Shown in pieces: positions 20,388 to 30,582 of a stretch of DNA of 64,000 nt. The DNA comes from Candidatus Omnitrophota bacterium (lineage in GTDB: Bacteria; Omnitrophota; Gorgyraeia; JABMRG01; JAFGKX01). The stretch is taken from contig JAZDPX010000012.1 in the NCBI GenBank assembly GCA_043797125.1, forward strand, positions 24,376 to 88,375, in the 5' to 3' direction. How positions within the stretch are numbered: position 1 is the stretch's first letter; the number at the start of each line of letters is the position of its first letter. Position numbers and translations under genes: made by a program. A model generated the notes under the pieces. It did not search any database. It saw only the letters and a list, made by a program, of their open reading frames with translations, and was not told the origin of the DNA.

Positions 20388-21479
20388 ATGGATCCACAAA
20401 ATTATTTAAAGATGATGCTGGATAAGGGGGCTTCAGATCTTTATTTTAAGGTAGGCAGCCCTCCATGCCTTAGGGTAAATGATGAGCTCAAGCTCTGCGA
20501 CGAAAATAGACTCAAACCCGAGGATACGGAAGCTGTCGCTAAGAAGATTATCGGTAAGGAGAAATTCGATGAGTTTATCCAGAAAAGAGAACTTGATGCA
20601 GCTTATAGCGTTTCTGGTGTGGGGAGATTCAGGGTTAATATGTATATACAAAGAGGTACCGTATCAATAACGCTGCGTTCTATCAAAAGCCAAATTTCAT
20701 CTTTTGCCGAATTAAATTTGCCTATAGATATAATGCAGAGGCTTTCCTCCTGCCAGAGGGGCCTTGTATTGATAACAGGGCATGCCGGCAGCGGCAAAAG
20801 CACCACGTTAGCGGCTATCATTGATTATATAAATGAAAATACAGCGAGGAATATAATAACCATAGAAGATCCCATTGAATTTTTACATCGCGATAAAAAA
20901 TCAATAATATCGCAAAGAGAAGTTGCTACAGATACCGATAGCTTCAACGTGGCATTGCGCCATGTTATACGCCAGTCTCCGGATGTGATACTTATCGGCG
21001 AAATGAGGGATTTAGAGAGCATACAGACAGCCATGATGGCGGCTGAGACGGGGCATTTGGTTTTAAGCACACTGCATACTGTTGATACAACCCAGACAAT
21101 CGAGAGGATTATTAATTATTTTCCGACCCACATGCATCATCAGATAAGGATGCAGTTCGCGCTTCTTTTCGCGGGTGTTATCTCAATGAGGCTTATTCCG
21201 CGTTGCGACAAACCCGGGCGCGTTCCCGCATGCGAAATAATGCTGCCGTCTCCCACGGTAAAAAAGATGATACACGAAGGCAGGATAAATGAGATAATAG
21301 ACGCCATTCAGGACGGCGCCATCTTTAGGATGCAGTCTTTCAATCAGGCGCTTATTGACTGGGTTAAGAAAGGCGTCGTAAGCAAAGAATCCGCTCTTGA
21401 AAACGCCAGTAACCCCGATGAGCTAAGGCTGGAATTTGCCGATATTTTTTCCGGCAAAAAAACACATGAAAAACAGTAA
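20388..21479 (+). CDS. pilU: Pilus retraction ATPase, PilU/PilT family
   Basis: GHAGSGKS, EDPIE, GEMRD, ETGHLVLSTLH, IERIINYFP; lacks the AIRNLIRE motif. Confidence 0.75.
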   Translation: MDPQNYLKMMLDKGASDLYFKVGSPPCLRVNDELKLCDENRLKPEDTEAVAKKIIGKEKFDEFIQKRELDAAYSVSGVGRFRVNMYIQRGTVSITLRSIKSQISSFAELNLPIDIMQRLSSCQRGLVLITGHAGSGKSTTLAAIIDYINENTARNIITIEDPIEFLHRDKKSIISQREVATDTDSFNVALRHVIRQSPDVILIGEMRDLESIQTAMMAAETGHLVLSTLHTVDTTQTIERIINYFPTHMHHQIRMQFALLFAGVISMRLIPRCDKPGRVPACEIMLPSPTVKKMIHEGRINEIIDAIQDGAIFRMQSFNQALIDWVKKGVVSKESALENASNPDELRLEFADIFSGKKTHEKQ

Positions 21480-21493
21480 GAGAGGAGTTTGAA

Positions 21494-22543
21494 ATGCTGG
21501 ATATTAAGGATCTTTTAAGGCACGCTTCGGAAAAAGGCGCTTCTGATTTGCATATTACGCAGGACATGCCACCTATGTTGAGAATAGACGGAGAATTGCA
21601 CACAACAGCATTTGATATTTTGAACAGAGAGCAGACCAAAAAAATGGTTTATGGTATTTTAAATGATAAGCAGAAAGTGAGGTTCGAGGAAAATCTAGAA
21701 CTGGATCTTTCCCTTTATGTGCCGGATTTGTGCCGTTTTAGGGTAAACGTGCACATGCAAAAAGGCAGCGTCGAGGCGGCATTCAGGGTTATACCGAATA
21801 CCGTGCAGACCGTAGAAAAACTGGGCCTTCCCCGCATAGTATCTGAATTGGCAAGGCTGCCAAACGGGCTTGTGCTGGTAACAGGGCCCACAGGAGTAGG
21901 CAAGAGCACAACGCTCGCTTCTATGGTGGACCAGGTTAACAATGAAAGGCACTGCCATATTATCAGCGTAGAAGATCCGATAGAATATGTGCATCAGAAT
22001 AAAAACAGCATAGTGAAGCAAAGAGAGGTGGGTATTGATACCTTGTCTTTTTCCAACGCGCTAAAGCACGCGCTCAGGCAGGACCCTAACGTTATATTGG
22101 TAGGCGAAATGAGGGATCTGGAAACCATATCTACGGCAATAACAGCTGCTGAAACAGGGCATCTAGTGTTAAGCACTCTTCATACGCCTGATGCCCCGCA
22201 GACCATAGACAGGCTTATAGATATATTTCCTCCTCATCAGCAGGAACAGATAAAAGTGCAGCTATCAGGCTGTTTTCAGGGAGTTATATGCCAGCAGCTG
22301 CTTGTAAGAAAAGATGGCAGGGGAAGGATTCCTTCGTGCGAGATAATGACAGGTACATCAGCGGTCAGAAGCCTTATACGGGAGCACAAGACAGAACAGC
22401 TTATGACAGTTATACAGACAAGCGGCAAGCACGGCATGATAACGATGGATAAATCCATAAAAAAGCTGTATCTAGACGGCCTGATAGATCTTGAGACAGC
22501 GCATGATAAAATAAAAGACAAGGCAGAGTTTGAAAAGTTATGA
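21494..22543 (+). CDS. pilT: Pilus retraction ATPase PilT
   Basis: GPTGVGKS, LRQDP, GEMRD, AVRSLIRE. Confidence 0.9.
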   Translation: MLDIKDLLRHASEKGASDLHITQDMPPMLRIDGELHTTAFDILNREQTKKMVYGILNDKQKVRFEENLELDLSLYVPDLCRFRVNVHMQKGSVEAAFRVIPNTVQTVEKLGLPRIVSELARLPNGLVLVTGPTGVGKSTTLASMVDQVNNERHCHIISVEDPIEYVHQNKNSIVKQREVGIDTLSFSNALKHALRQDPNVILVGEMRDLETISTAITAAETGHLVLSTLHTPDAPQTIDRLIDIFPPHQQEQIKVQLSGCFQGVICQQLLVRKDGRGRIPSCEIMTGTSAVRSLIREHKTEQLMTVIQTSGKHGMITMDKSIKKLYLDGLIDLETAHDKIKDKAEFEKL

Positions 22544-23529
22544 GCAGGATTAAAAGAATAGCGGTTTTAACCAGCGGCGGCGATTGTTCAGGGATGAATG
22601 CGGCAATAAGAGCTGTGGTAAGGTGCGCCATATTCAACGGGCTTTCCGTATTTGGCGTTATGCGCGGCTATGAAGGTTTAATAAAAGGAGACATGAAGCA
22701 GTTAAACAGGCGCTCTGTCAGCAACATCATAAATATGGGCGGTACAATTCTCAAGACGGCGCGAAGCAAAGAATTTATGACAAAAAACGGCCAGCGCAAG
22801 GCATTAAGACAGATAGCGAAATTTAAAATAGACGGTTTAGCCATAATAGGCGGCGACGGTTCTTTTAGAGGGGCGCACATTCTATGCGCCGATTATGGAG
22901 TACGCTGCATAGGCATACCCGGAACCATAGATAATGATATTAACGGAACAGACTTTACTATTGGTTCAGATACAGCGGTCAATGTTGCGCTGGATGCCAT
23001 AGATAAAATAAGAGATACTGTTAGCAGCCTGGAAAGGATTTTTGTAGTCGAAATTATGGGCAGAGAATGCGGTTATATAGCGGCAAGGGTTGCTCTTGCA
23101 GGCGGCGCGGAAGATGTATTAATGCCGGAGATGAAATTTGACATGAGCAAAATATGCAGAGAAATAAATGCCGCGCACAAAAAGGGCAAGCTAAGCTGGA
23201 TTCTGCTGGTTGCCGAGGGAGTTGGAAGCGCGCATGAAGTTGCCAAGATTGTTCAGAAAAAAACAGGTTACGAAACAAGGGTTACGGTGCTTGGCCACAT
23301 ACAAAGAGGGGGCCGGCCCACCGCGCAGGATAGAATTTTAGCTGCAAGGTTAGGCGCAAAGGCTGTAGAACTTTTAATACAGGGTGAAAGCGATAAAATG
23401 GCGGGTATTGTATCGGACCGGGTAATGGCAGTAGACCTTGAATTTGCCTGTAACCAAAAATCTAATGTAGAAGAGAATACAAAGAAAAATATAGAGTTGT
23501 ATAAACTGACAAAGATTTTAGAGGCGTAA
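22540..23529 (+). CDS. pfkA: ATP-dependent 6-phosphofructokinase
   Basis: TSGGDCSGMN, GGDGS, PGTIDND, MGR, LGHIQRGG. Confidence 0.95.
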   Translation: MSRIKRIAVLTSGGDCSGMNAAIRAVVRCAIFNGLSVFGVMRGYEGLIKGDMKQLNRRSVSNIINMGGTILKTARSKEFMTKNGQRKALRQIAKFKIDGLAIIGGDGSFRGAHILCADYGVRCIGIPGTIDNDINGTDFTIGSDTAVNVALDAIDKIRDTVSSLERIFVVEIMGRECGYIAARVALAGGAEDVLMPEMKFDMSKICREINAAHKKGKLSWILLVAEGVGSAHEVAKIVQKKTGYETRVTVLGHIQRGGRPTAQDRILAARLGAKAVELLIQGESDKMAGIVSDRVMAVDLEFACNQKSNVEENTKKNIELYKLTKILEA

Positions 23530-23534
23530 AGAGT

Positions 23535-24626
23535 TTAAGCCGGCGCTTTTTTGATAAGCATAACAGCAATTGTAAAGAATACAACATTCGGAAGATGAAC
23601 AGCAATAAGCGGCGGTAAAAAATTTCCCTTTCCTAAAGACAAGCAGACCCCTATAAATCCATAATATAACAATCCCGCTATTATACTTATCCCCATACTC
23701 GCGGCAACGCCTCCCCTGACCGTAGTTAAGGAAAAAGGGATGCCTAAGAGTATCATTATAAAAACGCAAAATGGCAGCGCTAATTTAAAATAAAGGTCTG
23801 TCCTTAACCGGTCAATAGTTTTTTTATCAGCGCCTTTGACTCTGTTTATATATATCTTAAGCTGAGAGTAATTCATGTAGGTGGCCGCGCCCTCACCTTT
23901 TAGAAGATCAGAGGGTTTATCAGGAAGCCTTACAACCTTTTTATTGAAAGTCAAAACTTGTCCCCTGGGGTGGCCGAACTCGTCAAAGCGGTATACTATC
24001 ACGTCGTAAAATGTCCATTTTTCATTAAACCAAACCCCGTACCTCGCAAGTATTTTTCGTTTTAATTTTTGATCCTTGTCATGTTCGAGTATTATGACTT
24101 CGTCGAGCCTGTTGGTGGCGGGGTTAAAGCCCTTTGCATATATCATCTGGGAAGCTTTTCCGTAAACGGTCAGATTTTTGACTGACTTTAATTCTTTATC
24201 TTTTTTATTGGATTCTATATATTCTGTTTTTATTTTTTCCGATACCAAGGCCCCCTTTGGCGCGATATTTTCATTTACATAGAATATGCCTAGACAGATT
24301 ATTATGCCGATAACGAATATGGGCCGCATTGTCGCAAATATGTTTATGCCGCTTGCCTTCATAGCGGTTAATTCGTTATTCTTGTTCATGGCGCTTAAAA
24401 CATAAACTGTTGCTAAAAGCCCTGCCAGAGGGGTTGTCTGCACAAATATGAGAGGGCTGAAGGAAATATAGAATCGCGCCAAAATTTCAAGAGGCACTCT
24501 ATTTTTGAGTATTTCATCCATGTGCCCCAGCATATCAGCGATAATAAAAAGCAGATAGAATACTGTAAGGCAGTAGAAAAGGGAAGACACAAAGCCTTTA
24601 ACTATATATTTATCCAGTATCTTCAT
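23535..24626 (-). CDS. lptG: LPS export ABC permease LptG
   Basis: MKILDKYI start, NELTAMKASG, 3+3 TM layout; downstream of lptF. Confidence 0.85.
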   Translation of the reverse strand: MKILDKYIVKGFVSSLFYCLTVFYLLFIIADMLGHMDEILKNRVPLEILARFYISFSPLIFVQTTPLAGLLATVYVLSAMNKNNELTAMKASGINIFATMRPIFVIGIIICLGIFYVNENIAPKGALVSEKIKTEYIESNKKDKELKSVKNLTVYGKASQMIYAKGFNPATNRLDEVIILEHDKDQKLKRKILARYGVWFNEKWTFYDVIVYRFDEFGHPRGQVLTFNKKVVRLPDKPSDLLKGEGAATYMNYSQLKIYINRVKGADKKTIDRLRTDLYFKLALPFCVFIMILLGIPFSLTTVRGGVAASMGISIIAGLLYYGFIGVCLSLGKGNFLPPLIAVHLPNVVFFTIAVMLIKKAPA

Positions 24627-24696
24627 CCCGCACCTTTTTTATATTTCTTCCGCACCCTTTTAATATTCATCGCTGAATACCAAAAAGGTGCGGGAT
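24625..24696. repeat. Intercistronic inverted repeat overlapping the lptG start
   Basis: Perfect 15-bp arms ATCCCGCACCTTTTT/AAAAAGGTGCGGGAT plus an internal partial copy. Confidence 0.8.
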
Positions 24697-24699
24697 TAA

Positions 24700-25794
24700 C
24701 TAACACTCCGCTATCCTTACATAAAGCGAAATACCGGCAGCCAAAAATATGACATTCGCTGCCCACAGGCCTAAATAAGGCGGCATGATTTCCTTAAGCG
24801 CCAAAGCCTCCCCTGCTATAAATATGCCGTAATAACTCAGCATAATAATCAGGCTTAAGCCGAAGGCTACGGATTTTTCTCGTCTCCTTGTATTTATCGC
24901 AATAGGCAGCCCTACCAGCGCGAATACAAAACTTGAAAATGCCAGGGCTATCTTTTTGTGTATTTCAATTATAAGCGGCGTGGGCTTTATATTAGATGCC
25001 TTCATTGTGAGGGCCTCGGCTTTAAGCTCCTTTATCGACATATCTTTCGGTTTTTTTGTAACGTTAACATCTACAAGTTCTTCAGAAAGGTCCAGGGTGA
25101 GATTATAGTTTTTAAAATTTACCTTATAATAAAGATTAGGATTTTTGGGGTTTGGTTCATCGATTGTTCCGTTTATCAATTTTAGCAACACCGTGCTTTT
25201 TTCCGGGAATGTTGTTATTTCGCCTCCCTGCGCTATAATGGTCCTTGTGGGATTATCTTCCTGCAGTCTGTATACCCTGATATTTTCAAGCTTGTTCCCG
25301 TTTATGCCGTATATAAATATGATATGGTCTTTAAAGTCTTTGATAAAAACCCCGGGCTCAAGATAAGCTATCGGGTTCTTAAGGCCGATTTCTTTTACCG
25401 TCTTGTTTATAAAATAATGAGACCTGGTAATTATGGTGTCATTTAGATAAACCTGAAAAAGGCTCAATATAAACGCAAACACTATTACAGGAAACCCTAT
25501 TCTATATATACTTATGCCGCTCGCCTTCATAGCAACCACTTCATTATCAGATGCCAGCCTGCCAAAACACATTACTATTGAAGCGAGTATGGCCATGGGC
25601 AGCGTATAACTTAGCAGGTATGGTATGAAGGCCGAAAAGACCTTTGCCATCAGGATAGGGTTTACGCCTTTATTGATGACCATGTCCGTCATCTTCATGA
25701 CATTGCCTATTACCATCACAAAAGTGAACACCGCCAGAGATATGAAAAACGGCCCCAGCAGTTCTTTTAGCACATAATTTCTCAATGTCCTCAT
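24700..25794 (-). CDS. lptF: LPS export ABC permease LptF
   Basis: RLASDNEVVAMKASG, EIHKKIAL, 3+3 TM layout. Confidence 0.85.
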   Translation of the reverse strand: MRTLRNYVLKELLGPFFISLAVFTFVMVIGNVMKMTDMVINKGVNPILMAKVFSAFIPYLLSYTLPMAILASIVMCFGRLASDNEVVAMKASGISIYRIGFPVIVFAFILSLFQVYLNDTIITRSHYFINKTVKEIGLKNPIAYLEPGVFIKDFKDHIIFIYGINGNKLENIRVYRLQEDNPTRTIIAQGGEITTFPEKSTVLLKLINGTIDEPNPKNPNLYYKVNFKNYNLTLDLSEELVDVNVTKKPKDMSIKELKAEALTMKASNIKPTPLIIEIHKKIALAFSSFVFALVGLPIAINTRRREKSVAFGLSLIIMLSYYGIFIAGEALALKEIMPPYLGLWAANVIFLAAGISLYVRIAEC

Positions 25795-25798
25795 TTAT

Positions 25799-26542
25799 TT
25801 ACAGCCCTCTCGCCAATGTTAACAGAAACACCGATTTAGTTCCGGCCTTTTTTAAAACAGATGCGCATTCGTCGGCAGTGGCAAACGTGGTTGCAACATC
25901 GTCCACTAGCAGCACAGCCTTTTTGTTAAATATATTTTTGTCTTTAACGGAAAACGCGCCTTTAATATTGTCCATGCGCTGAAACCTGCTTAAATGCGTC
26001 TGCTGGGCGGTGTATCTGTTCCTTTTTAACGCATTATAAACAAGCGGCAGATTGAATATGTTAGATACGCGGCTGGATATAAGCAGCGATTGGTCAAACC
26101 CTCTTTCGCGTATTTTTCTTTTGTGCAGCGGAACAGGCACTACCATATCTATGGCCTGTGTATCCATGTGCGTTTTTATGAATTGCGTCATTAATTCATC
26201 AAACAGGCAGACCAGGTATCTGTTTTGTTTATATTTAAAATTGTGTATAAGTTCTTTAATCAGCCCGTCGTAATTACAGCAGGAAAACGCCTTATCAAAG
26301 CTGTAATTTGTTCCCATGCATTCTCCGCATACTGCGCTTAAGTTTACCGCGCCGCACAAAGAATGGCCGCATCTTATGCAGAACGGAGGCTTGTTTATTG
26401 TTATGGTTTTAAAGCAGCTTTCGCACAGGTACAATTTATTTTTGTAATCGAGGCTCTTGCCGCAGCCTTGGCAATTTTTTGGATAGATCAAATTCAAAAA
26501 TGCCAAAAAGGCATCTTTTGCCGGGTTTACAACTGTCAACAT
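25799..26542 (-). CDS. comF: ComF family protein (double zinc ribbon plus PRTase)
   Basis: CxxC pairs, PVPLH..RGFDQ, LLVDDVATT; start placed at ATG 26542 from promoter position. Confidence 0.88.
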   Translation of the reverse strand: MLTVVNPAKDAFLAFLNLIYPKNCQGCGKSLDYKNKLYLCESCFKTITINKPPFCIRCGHSLCGAVNLSAVCGECMGTNYSFDKAFSCCNYDGLIKELIHNFKYKQNRYLVCLFDELMTQFIKTHMDTQAIDMVVPVPLHKRKIRERGFDQSLLISSRVSNIFNLPLVYNALKRNRYTAQQTHLSRFQRMDNIKGAFSVKDKNIFNKKAVLLVDDVATTFATADECASVLKKAGTKSVFLLTLARGL

Positions 26543-26549
26543 AGAGGAT

Positions 26550-26578
26550 AATATAACACTAATTATTAGAGATGTCAA
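26550..26578 (-). promoter_or_regulatory. Sigma70-type promoter of comF-lptFG
   Basis: Minus strand TTGACA-17 nt-TATATT with TGn. Confidence 0.6.
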
Positions 26579-26593
26579 AAGGAGATTTTTCTC

Positions 26594-26621
26594 TTGCATA
26601 ATGGCGTATATTGATTATAAT
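26594..26621 (+). promoter_or_regulatory. Sigma70-type promoter of the fba operon
   Basis: TTGCAT-16 nt-TATAAT, then GAGGAGG RBS. Confidence 0.6.
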
Positions 26622-26644
26622 AGGCAAAAACAGAGGAGGCGGTC

Positions 26645-27571
26645 ATGGCGCTTATATCATCAAAACAAATGTTTCAAAAGGCACTAAAGGAAAACTACGC
26701 AGTAGGGGCTTTTAATGTAAATAATATGGAGATAATACAGGGTATAACCGAGGCCGTAAAAGAAGAAAAGGCCCCGCTTATACTGCAGTTTTCAGCAGGC
26801 GCGCGCAAATATGCAAAACATGTATACCTCATGCACCTTGTAGAAGCTGCGATTGAGGACACGGGCCTGGATATCGTCCTGCACCTTGACCACGGCGAGG
26901 ATTTCCAGATATGCAAGTCGTGCATTGACGGCGGGTTTACATCAGTCATGATAGATGCGTCAAAACACCCGCTTGGTGAAAACATCAGGATTACAAAAGA
27001 GGTAGTGGATTACGCGCACTCAAAAGGCGTTGTGGTTGAAGCGGAATTAGGCAGGCTCCAGGGAGTGGAAGATAACGTATCCGTTTCCGAAAAAGAAGCT
27101 ATATTAGTGCACCCTGATGAAGCAGAAGAATTTGTCAAAAAAACGCATTGCGATTCTCTGGCAATAGCCATTGGAACCAGCCATGGGGCATACAAGTTTA
27201 AAGGCGAAGCGAAGCTGCATTTTGACAGGCTGGCAGAAGTTGAAAAACGCTTGCCCAATTTCCCGCTTGTCCTGCATGGTGCTTCAAGCGTCTTGGATGA
27301 GTATGTGAAGATATGCAATCAATACGGCGGAAAGCTTCCCGGAGCAAAGGGCGTGCCCGAGGAAATGATTTCCAAGGCAGCGAAGATGAATGTTTGTAAG
27401 GTTAATATTGATACTGACTTGCGTCTGGCCATGACTGCCATGATAAGAAAACAGTTTGTCGAGGATCCAAGCAACTTTGATCCCAGAAAATATTTAACTC
27501 CCGCAAGAGACGCGATAAAACAGGTTGTAAAACAGAAATTGCAGGTGTTAGGCTGTGTTGGTAAGGCATAA
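26645..27571 (+). CDS. fba: Class II fructose-1,6-bisphosphate aldolase
   Basis: AFNVNNME, HLDHG, SVMIDAS, EAELG, IGTSHGAYK, VLHGAS, KVNIDTD. Confidence 0.95.
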   Translation: MALISSKQMFQKALKENYAVGAFNVNNMEIIQGITEAVKEEKAPLILQFSAGARKYAKHVYLMHLVEAAIEDTGLDIVLHLDHGEDFQICKSCIDGGFTSVMIDASKHPLGENIRITKEVVDYAHSKGVVVEAELGRLQGVEDNVSVSEKEAILVHPDEAEEFVKKTHCDSLAIAIGTSHGAYKFKGEAKLHFDRLAEVEKRLPNFPLVLHGASSVLDEYVKICNQYGGKLPGAKGVPEEMISKAAKMNVCKVNIDTDLRLAMTAMIRKQFVEDPSNFDPRKYLTPARDAIKQVVKQKLQVLGCVGKA

Positions 27572-27583
27572 CGATAATATAGA

Positions 27584-28402
27584 ATGAAAAAGGCCATAGC
27601 TGTTCTTTTGCTTTTTGTCTGGGCATATGTATTATTTGAAAAAGGTTATTTATTAAATCAGAAAAATTTTACATTTCCAACGTTAACCCTAACGCCGGTA
27701 TCGATACCGGTGCCTGTGCCTATTCCGACATTTAAGATTATAGAGAAGCCGGAAGAACCTATCTCGCCTCCAGAGGAACAACAACCCCCGTTTCAAGCCC
27801 AAGAGACTTTTAATTTTTTCTATTCAATGGGCCCGATAAGAGCCGGAAGCGCCAAGCTTACCTTTGTAGGCAAGGTTGACTTTGAAGGCAAAGACAGCTT
27901 CCTTATAAACTTTGAAAGCAAAGTCGGGGTTTTCTATGATTTTGAAAAAATTTACACTGACCCTGAAACATTTTACCCGTTATATGTGCATAGAAATATC
28001 AACAACTTAGGTTTTTCCAATATTATAGAGGAAAGGTATGATCAGGTAAATTATAAGGTAGAGATTATTAAACGCGGCATCTTTGGAAAAAAAAGCGATG
28101 TTATAAAAAAACACGCGCCCATCCAAAACGCCGTCCTTCTTATATATTCCTGCAGGAGGCTTGAACTTGCAAAATTAAAGCCTGGCTATGAATTCTATGT
28201 TCAGCTGCCGGTCGATGAATTCAAGGTGATATTTAGAAAAATAAATAAAATTAAAACTCCTGCCGGCGCTTTTAATGCGTACTTGTTTGAGACCGAACCT
28301 GAAAAAATAAGGCTATGGATAAGCACAGACGCCAAACACATACCATTGAAGATGGAAAATCTTACTTCGTTGGGGCCTTCCTCCATTGTTTTTGAAGACT
28401 AA
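27584..28402 (+). CDS. DUF3108-like exported protein
   Basis: N-terminal anchor, Pro-rich linker, IKTPAGAF..LWISTD..IPLK C-terminus. Confidence 0.6.
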   Translation: MKKAIAVLLLFVWAYVLFEKGYLLNQKNFTFPTLTLTPVSIPVPVPIPTFKIIEKPEEPISPPEEQQPPFQAQETFNFFYSMGPIRAGSAKLTFVGKVDFEGKDSFLINFESKVGVFYDFEKIYTDPETFYPLYVHRNINNLGFSNIIEERYDQVNYKVEIIKRGIFGKKSDVIKKHAPIQNAVLLIYSCRRLELAKLKPGYEFYVQLPVDEFKVIFRKINKIKTPAGAFNAYLFETEPEKIRLWISTDAKHIPLKMENLTSLGPSSIVFED

Positions 28403-28409
28403 ACCTTAG

Positions 28410-29498
28410 ATGAAAAAAAGAGCGGTTGTTGCGATGAGCGGCGGCGTTGATTCCTCCACCGCAGCCTATTTATTGTTAAAAAAAGGCTACGATGTTATCG
28501 GAATAAGCCTTAAACTTTTTAACTCGCAAGACAGTAAAGAGCCAACTCAAGGTAGAAAGGCCTGCTGCGGCATACAAGGGATAAATGACGCAAGGGCTGT
28601 AGCGCTTAAGTTAGGCATTCCTTTCTACGCGCTTAATTATGTTGAAGAATTCAAGGCAGGTGTCATAGATTATTTTTTAAATGAATATAAAAACGCAAGG
28701 ACGCCGAATCCTTGCGTTATGTGCAACGAAATAATAAAGTTTGACAGCCTCTTAAAAAAGGCAAAGTCCCTTGGCGCAGATTTCATTGCCACAGGCCATT
28801 ACGCGAAAGTCGGTTACGATAAAAAAGTAAAAAGGTACATTCTTAAAAAAGCCAAAGACATTCGCAAGGACCAGTCGTATTTTTTATTCTCTCTGCCTCA
28901 GGAGTCGCTTAAGCATACTATTTTTCCGCTGGCGGATTTTACTAAACACCAGGTGCGCAGGGTAGCTAAAAAAATCGGAATCAAGGTTTACAATAAACCT
29001 GCCAGTCATGAGATTTGTTTTATCCCGGATAATAACTACAGGGATTTTCTTATAAAGAATGATCCGGCAATAGCAAACCCGGGGCCGATAATTGACAGGC
29101 AAGGGAAGGTTTTGAGCTCTCATAAAGGCATAGGGTTTTACACGGTAGGCCAGAGAAGGGGCCTTGGCATCTGGGGTAAACACCCTCTTTATGTAATTGC
29201 ATTGGACGGCAAAAGAAACACGGTTATAGTCGGTGAAAAAAAAGATTTATATTCCAAGAGGTTAATAGCAAAAAGAGTTAATTGGATAGCGATTAGCGGC
29301 CTTGATAAGCCGCTAAAAGTCAAGGCGCAGGTCAGGTATAATCAGCCGCCTTCATGGGCAGTTGTATCAAAAATTGATAAAGATAAGGTAGCAGTTGATT
29401 TCCTCAGACACGAGGAGGCAGTTACCCCAGGTCAGGCTGTTGTGTTCTATCACAATAACGTTGTTTTAGGCGGCGGCATTATTGAAAACGGAGCTTAA
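28410..29498 (+). CDS. mnmA: tRNA 2-thiouridylase MnmA
   Basis: AMSGGVDS, TPNPCVMCN, ATGHYA, KDQSYFL, EICF, TVGQRRG, TPGQ. Confidence 0.95.
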   Translation: MKKRAVVAMSGGVDSSTAAYLLLKKGYDVIGISLKLFNSQDSKEPTQGRKACCGIQGINDARAVALKLGIPFYALNYVEEFKAGVIDYFLNEYKNARTPNPCVMCNEIIKFDSLLKKAKSLGADFIATGHYAKVGYDKKVKRYILKKAKDIRKDQSYFLFSLPQESLKHTIFPLADFTKHQVRRVAKKIGIKVYNKPASHEICFIPDNNYRDFLIKNDPAIANPGPIIDRQGKVLSSHKGIGFYTVGQRRGLGIWGKHPLYVIALDGKRNTVIVGEKKDLYSKRLIAKRVNWIAISGLDKPLKVKAQVRYNQPPSWAVVSKIDKDKVAVDFLRHEEAVTPGQAVVFYHNNVVLGGGIIENGA

Positions 29499-30506
29499 AT
29501 GAAAAAGGTAAAGGCAATATCCTTAATGTCAGGCGGGTTAGACAGCATATTGGCAACCAGGCTTATGCTTGAACAGGGCATAGAGATAGAAGCTGTAAAC
29601 TTTCTGACTGTGTTTTGCACTTGCACCAGCCGTGGGAAGACTTGCCTGGCAAGCAAATCCGCTGCAGATAACTTAGGCATTAAGCTTAAGGTGTTTGAAA
29701 TAAGCAAAGAGTATTTCCAGATAATAAAAAATCCCAAACATGGCTACGGCAGCAACATGAACCCCTGCCTTGACTGCCGCATATTAATATTCAAGAAGGC
29801 GGCGGAATATATGAGGCAGACAGGCGCGTCTTTTTTAATAACAGGTGAGGTTTTAGGCGAGAGGCCAATGTCTCAGAGGAGGGATGCCTTAAGAATTATA
29901 GAAAGAGACAGCGGCCTGGAAGGATTAATATTGCGTCCCCTTTCGGCAAAGCTGTTTGAGCCGACCATTGCCGAAAAAGAGGGCTTGGTAGACAGGGAAA
30001 AGCTGCTTTCTATTAAGGGCCGTTCCCGCAAGCCGCAGATTCAATTAGCTAAGGATTTCGGGATAAATGATTATCCGTGCCCTGCGGGCGGATGCCTGCT
30101 GACAGACCCCGGATTCGCGGCGCGGATAAGGGACCTGATAAAACATAAACCCGATTTTAATATAAATGATGTTAAGCTGCTTAAGGCAGGAAGGCATTTT
30201 CGTTTAACCAAAACAGCAAAACTCGTGGTAGGCAGAAACGAAAAAGAAAACGATATTCTGCTTGCCTTAGCCAACGATGATGATTTATGTTTTCATCCTG
30301 TAAATACAACAGGCCCGACCGCGATAGGAAGAGGCGAGTTTGACCGCGGCGTAATATCCCTGGCAGCGTCAATAGTCGCAAGATACAGTGATACAGTCAG
30401 CGGCGGGCAAATAGAAATCGCGCATAAAGATTATAGCGGTAAGGTTATTAGCAAGATTGCGCCGCCTTTGGCGCAAGAGGCGCTGCTGGATAGTCTAAGG
30501 ATATAA
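29499..30506 (+). CDS. PP-loop tRNA thiolase-like protein (MnmA/ThiI-related)
   Basis: SGGLDS, NPCLDC, TGEVLGERPMSQ, PAGGCLLT, GRHFR, GRNEKEN. Confidence 0.75.
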   Translation: MKKVKAISLMSGGLDSILATRLMLEQGIEIEAVNFLTVFCTCTSRGKTCLASKSAADNLGIKLKVFEISKEYFQIIKNPKHGYGSNMNPCLDCRILIFKKAAEYMRQTGASFLITGEVLGERPMSQRRDALRIIERDSGLEGLILRPLSAKLFEPTIAEKEGLVDREKLLSIKGRSRKPQIQLAKDFGINDYPCPAGGCLLTDPGFAARIRDLIKHKPDFNINDVKLLKAGRHFRLTKTAKLVVGRNEKENDILLALANDDDLCFHPVNTTGPTAIGRGEFDRGVISLAASIVARYSDTVSGGQIEIAHKDYSGKVISKIAPPLAQEALLDSLRI

Positions 30507-30532
30507 GGCCTGTTGCAATTTGCTCCCCCCGA

Positions 30533-30580
30533 TGTCATTCCCGCGAAACTTGTCCCCGTGAAAACGGGGAGCGGGGATCC
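30533..30580. repeat. REP/dRS3-like palindrome (left copy, with nested hairpin)
   Basis: TGTCATTCCCGCG-[AAACTTGTCCCCGTGAAAACGGGGA]-GCGGGGATCC; inverted partner at 32165-32190. Confidence 0.75.
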
Positions 30581-30582
30581 AT

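Noticed and set aside
26543-26599. N-terminal hydrophobic extension of ComF in the ORF track
   Set aside because: Coincides with the divergent promoters; ATG 26542 fits better
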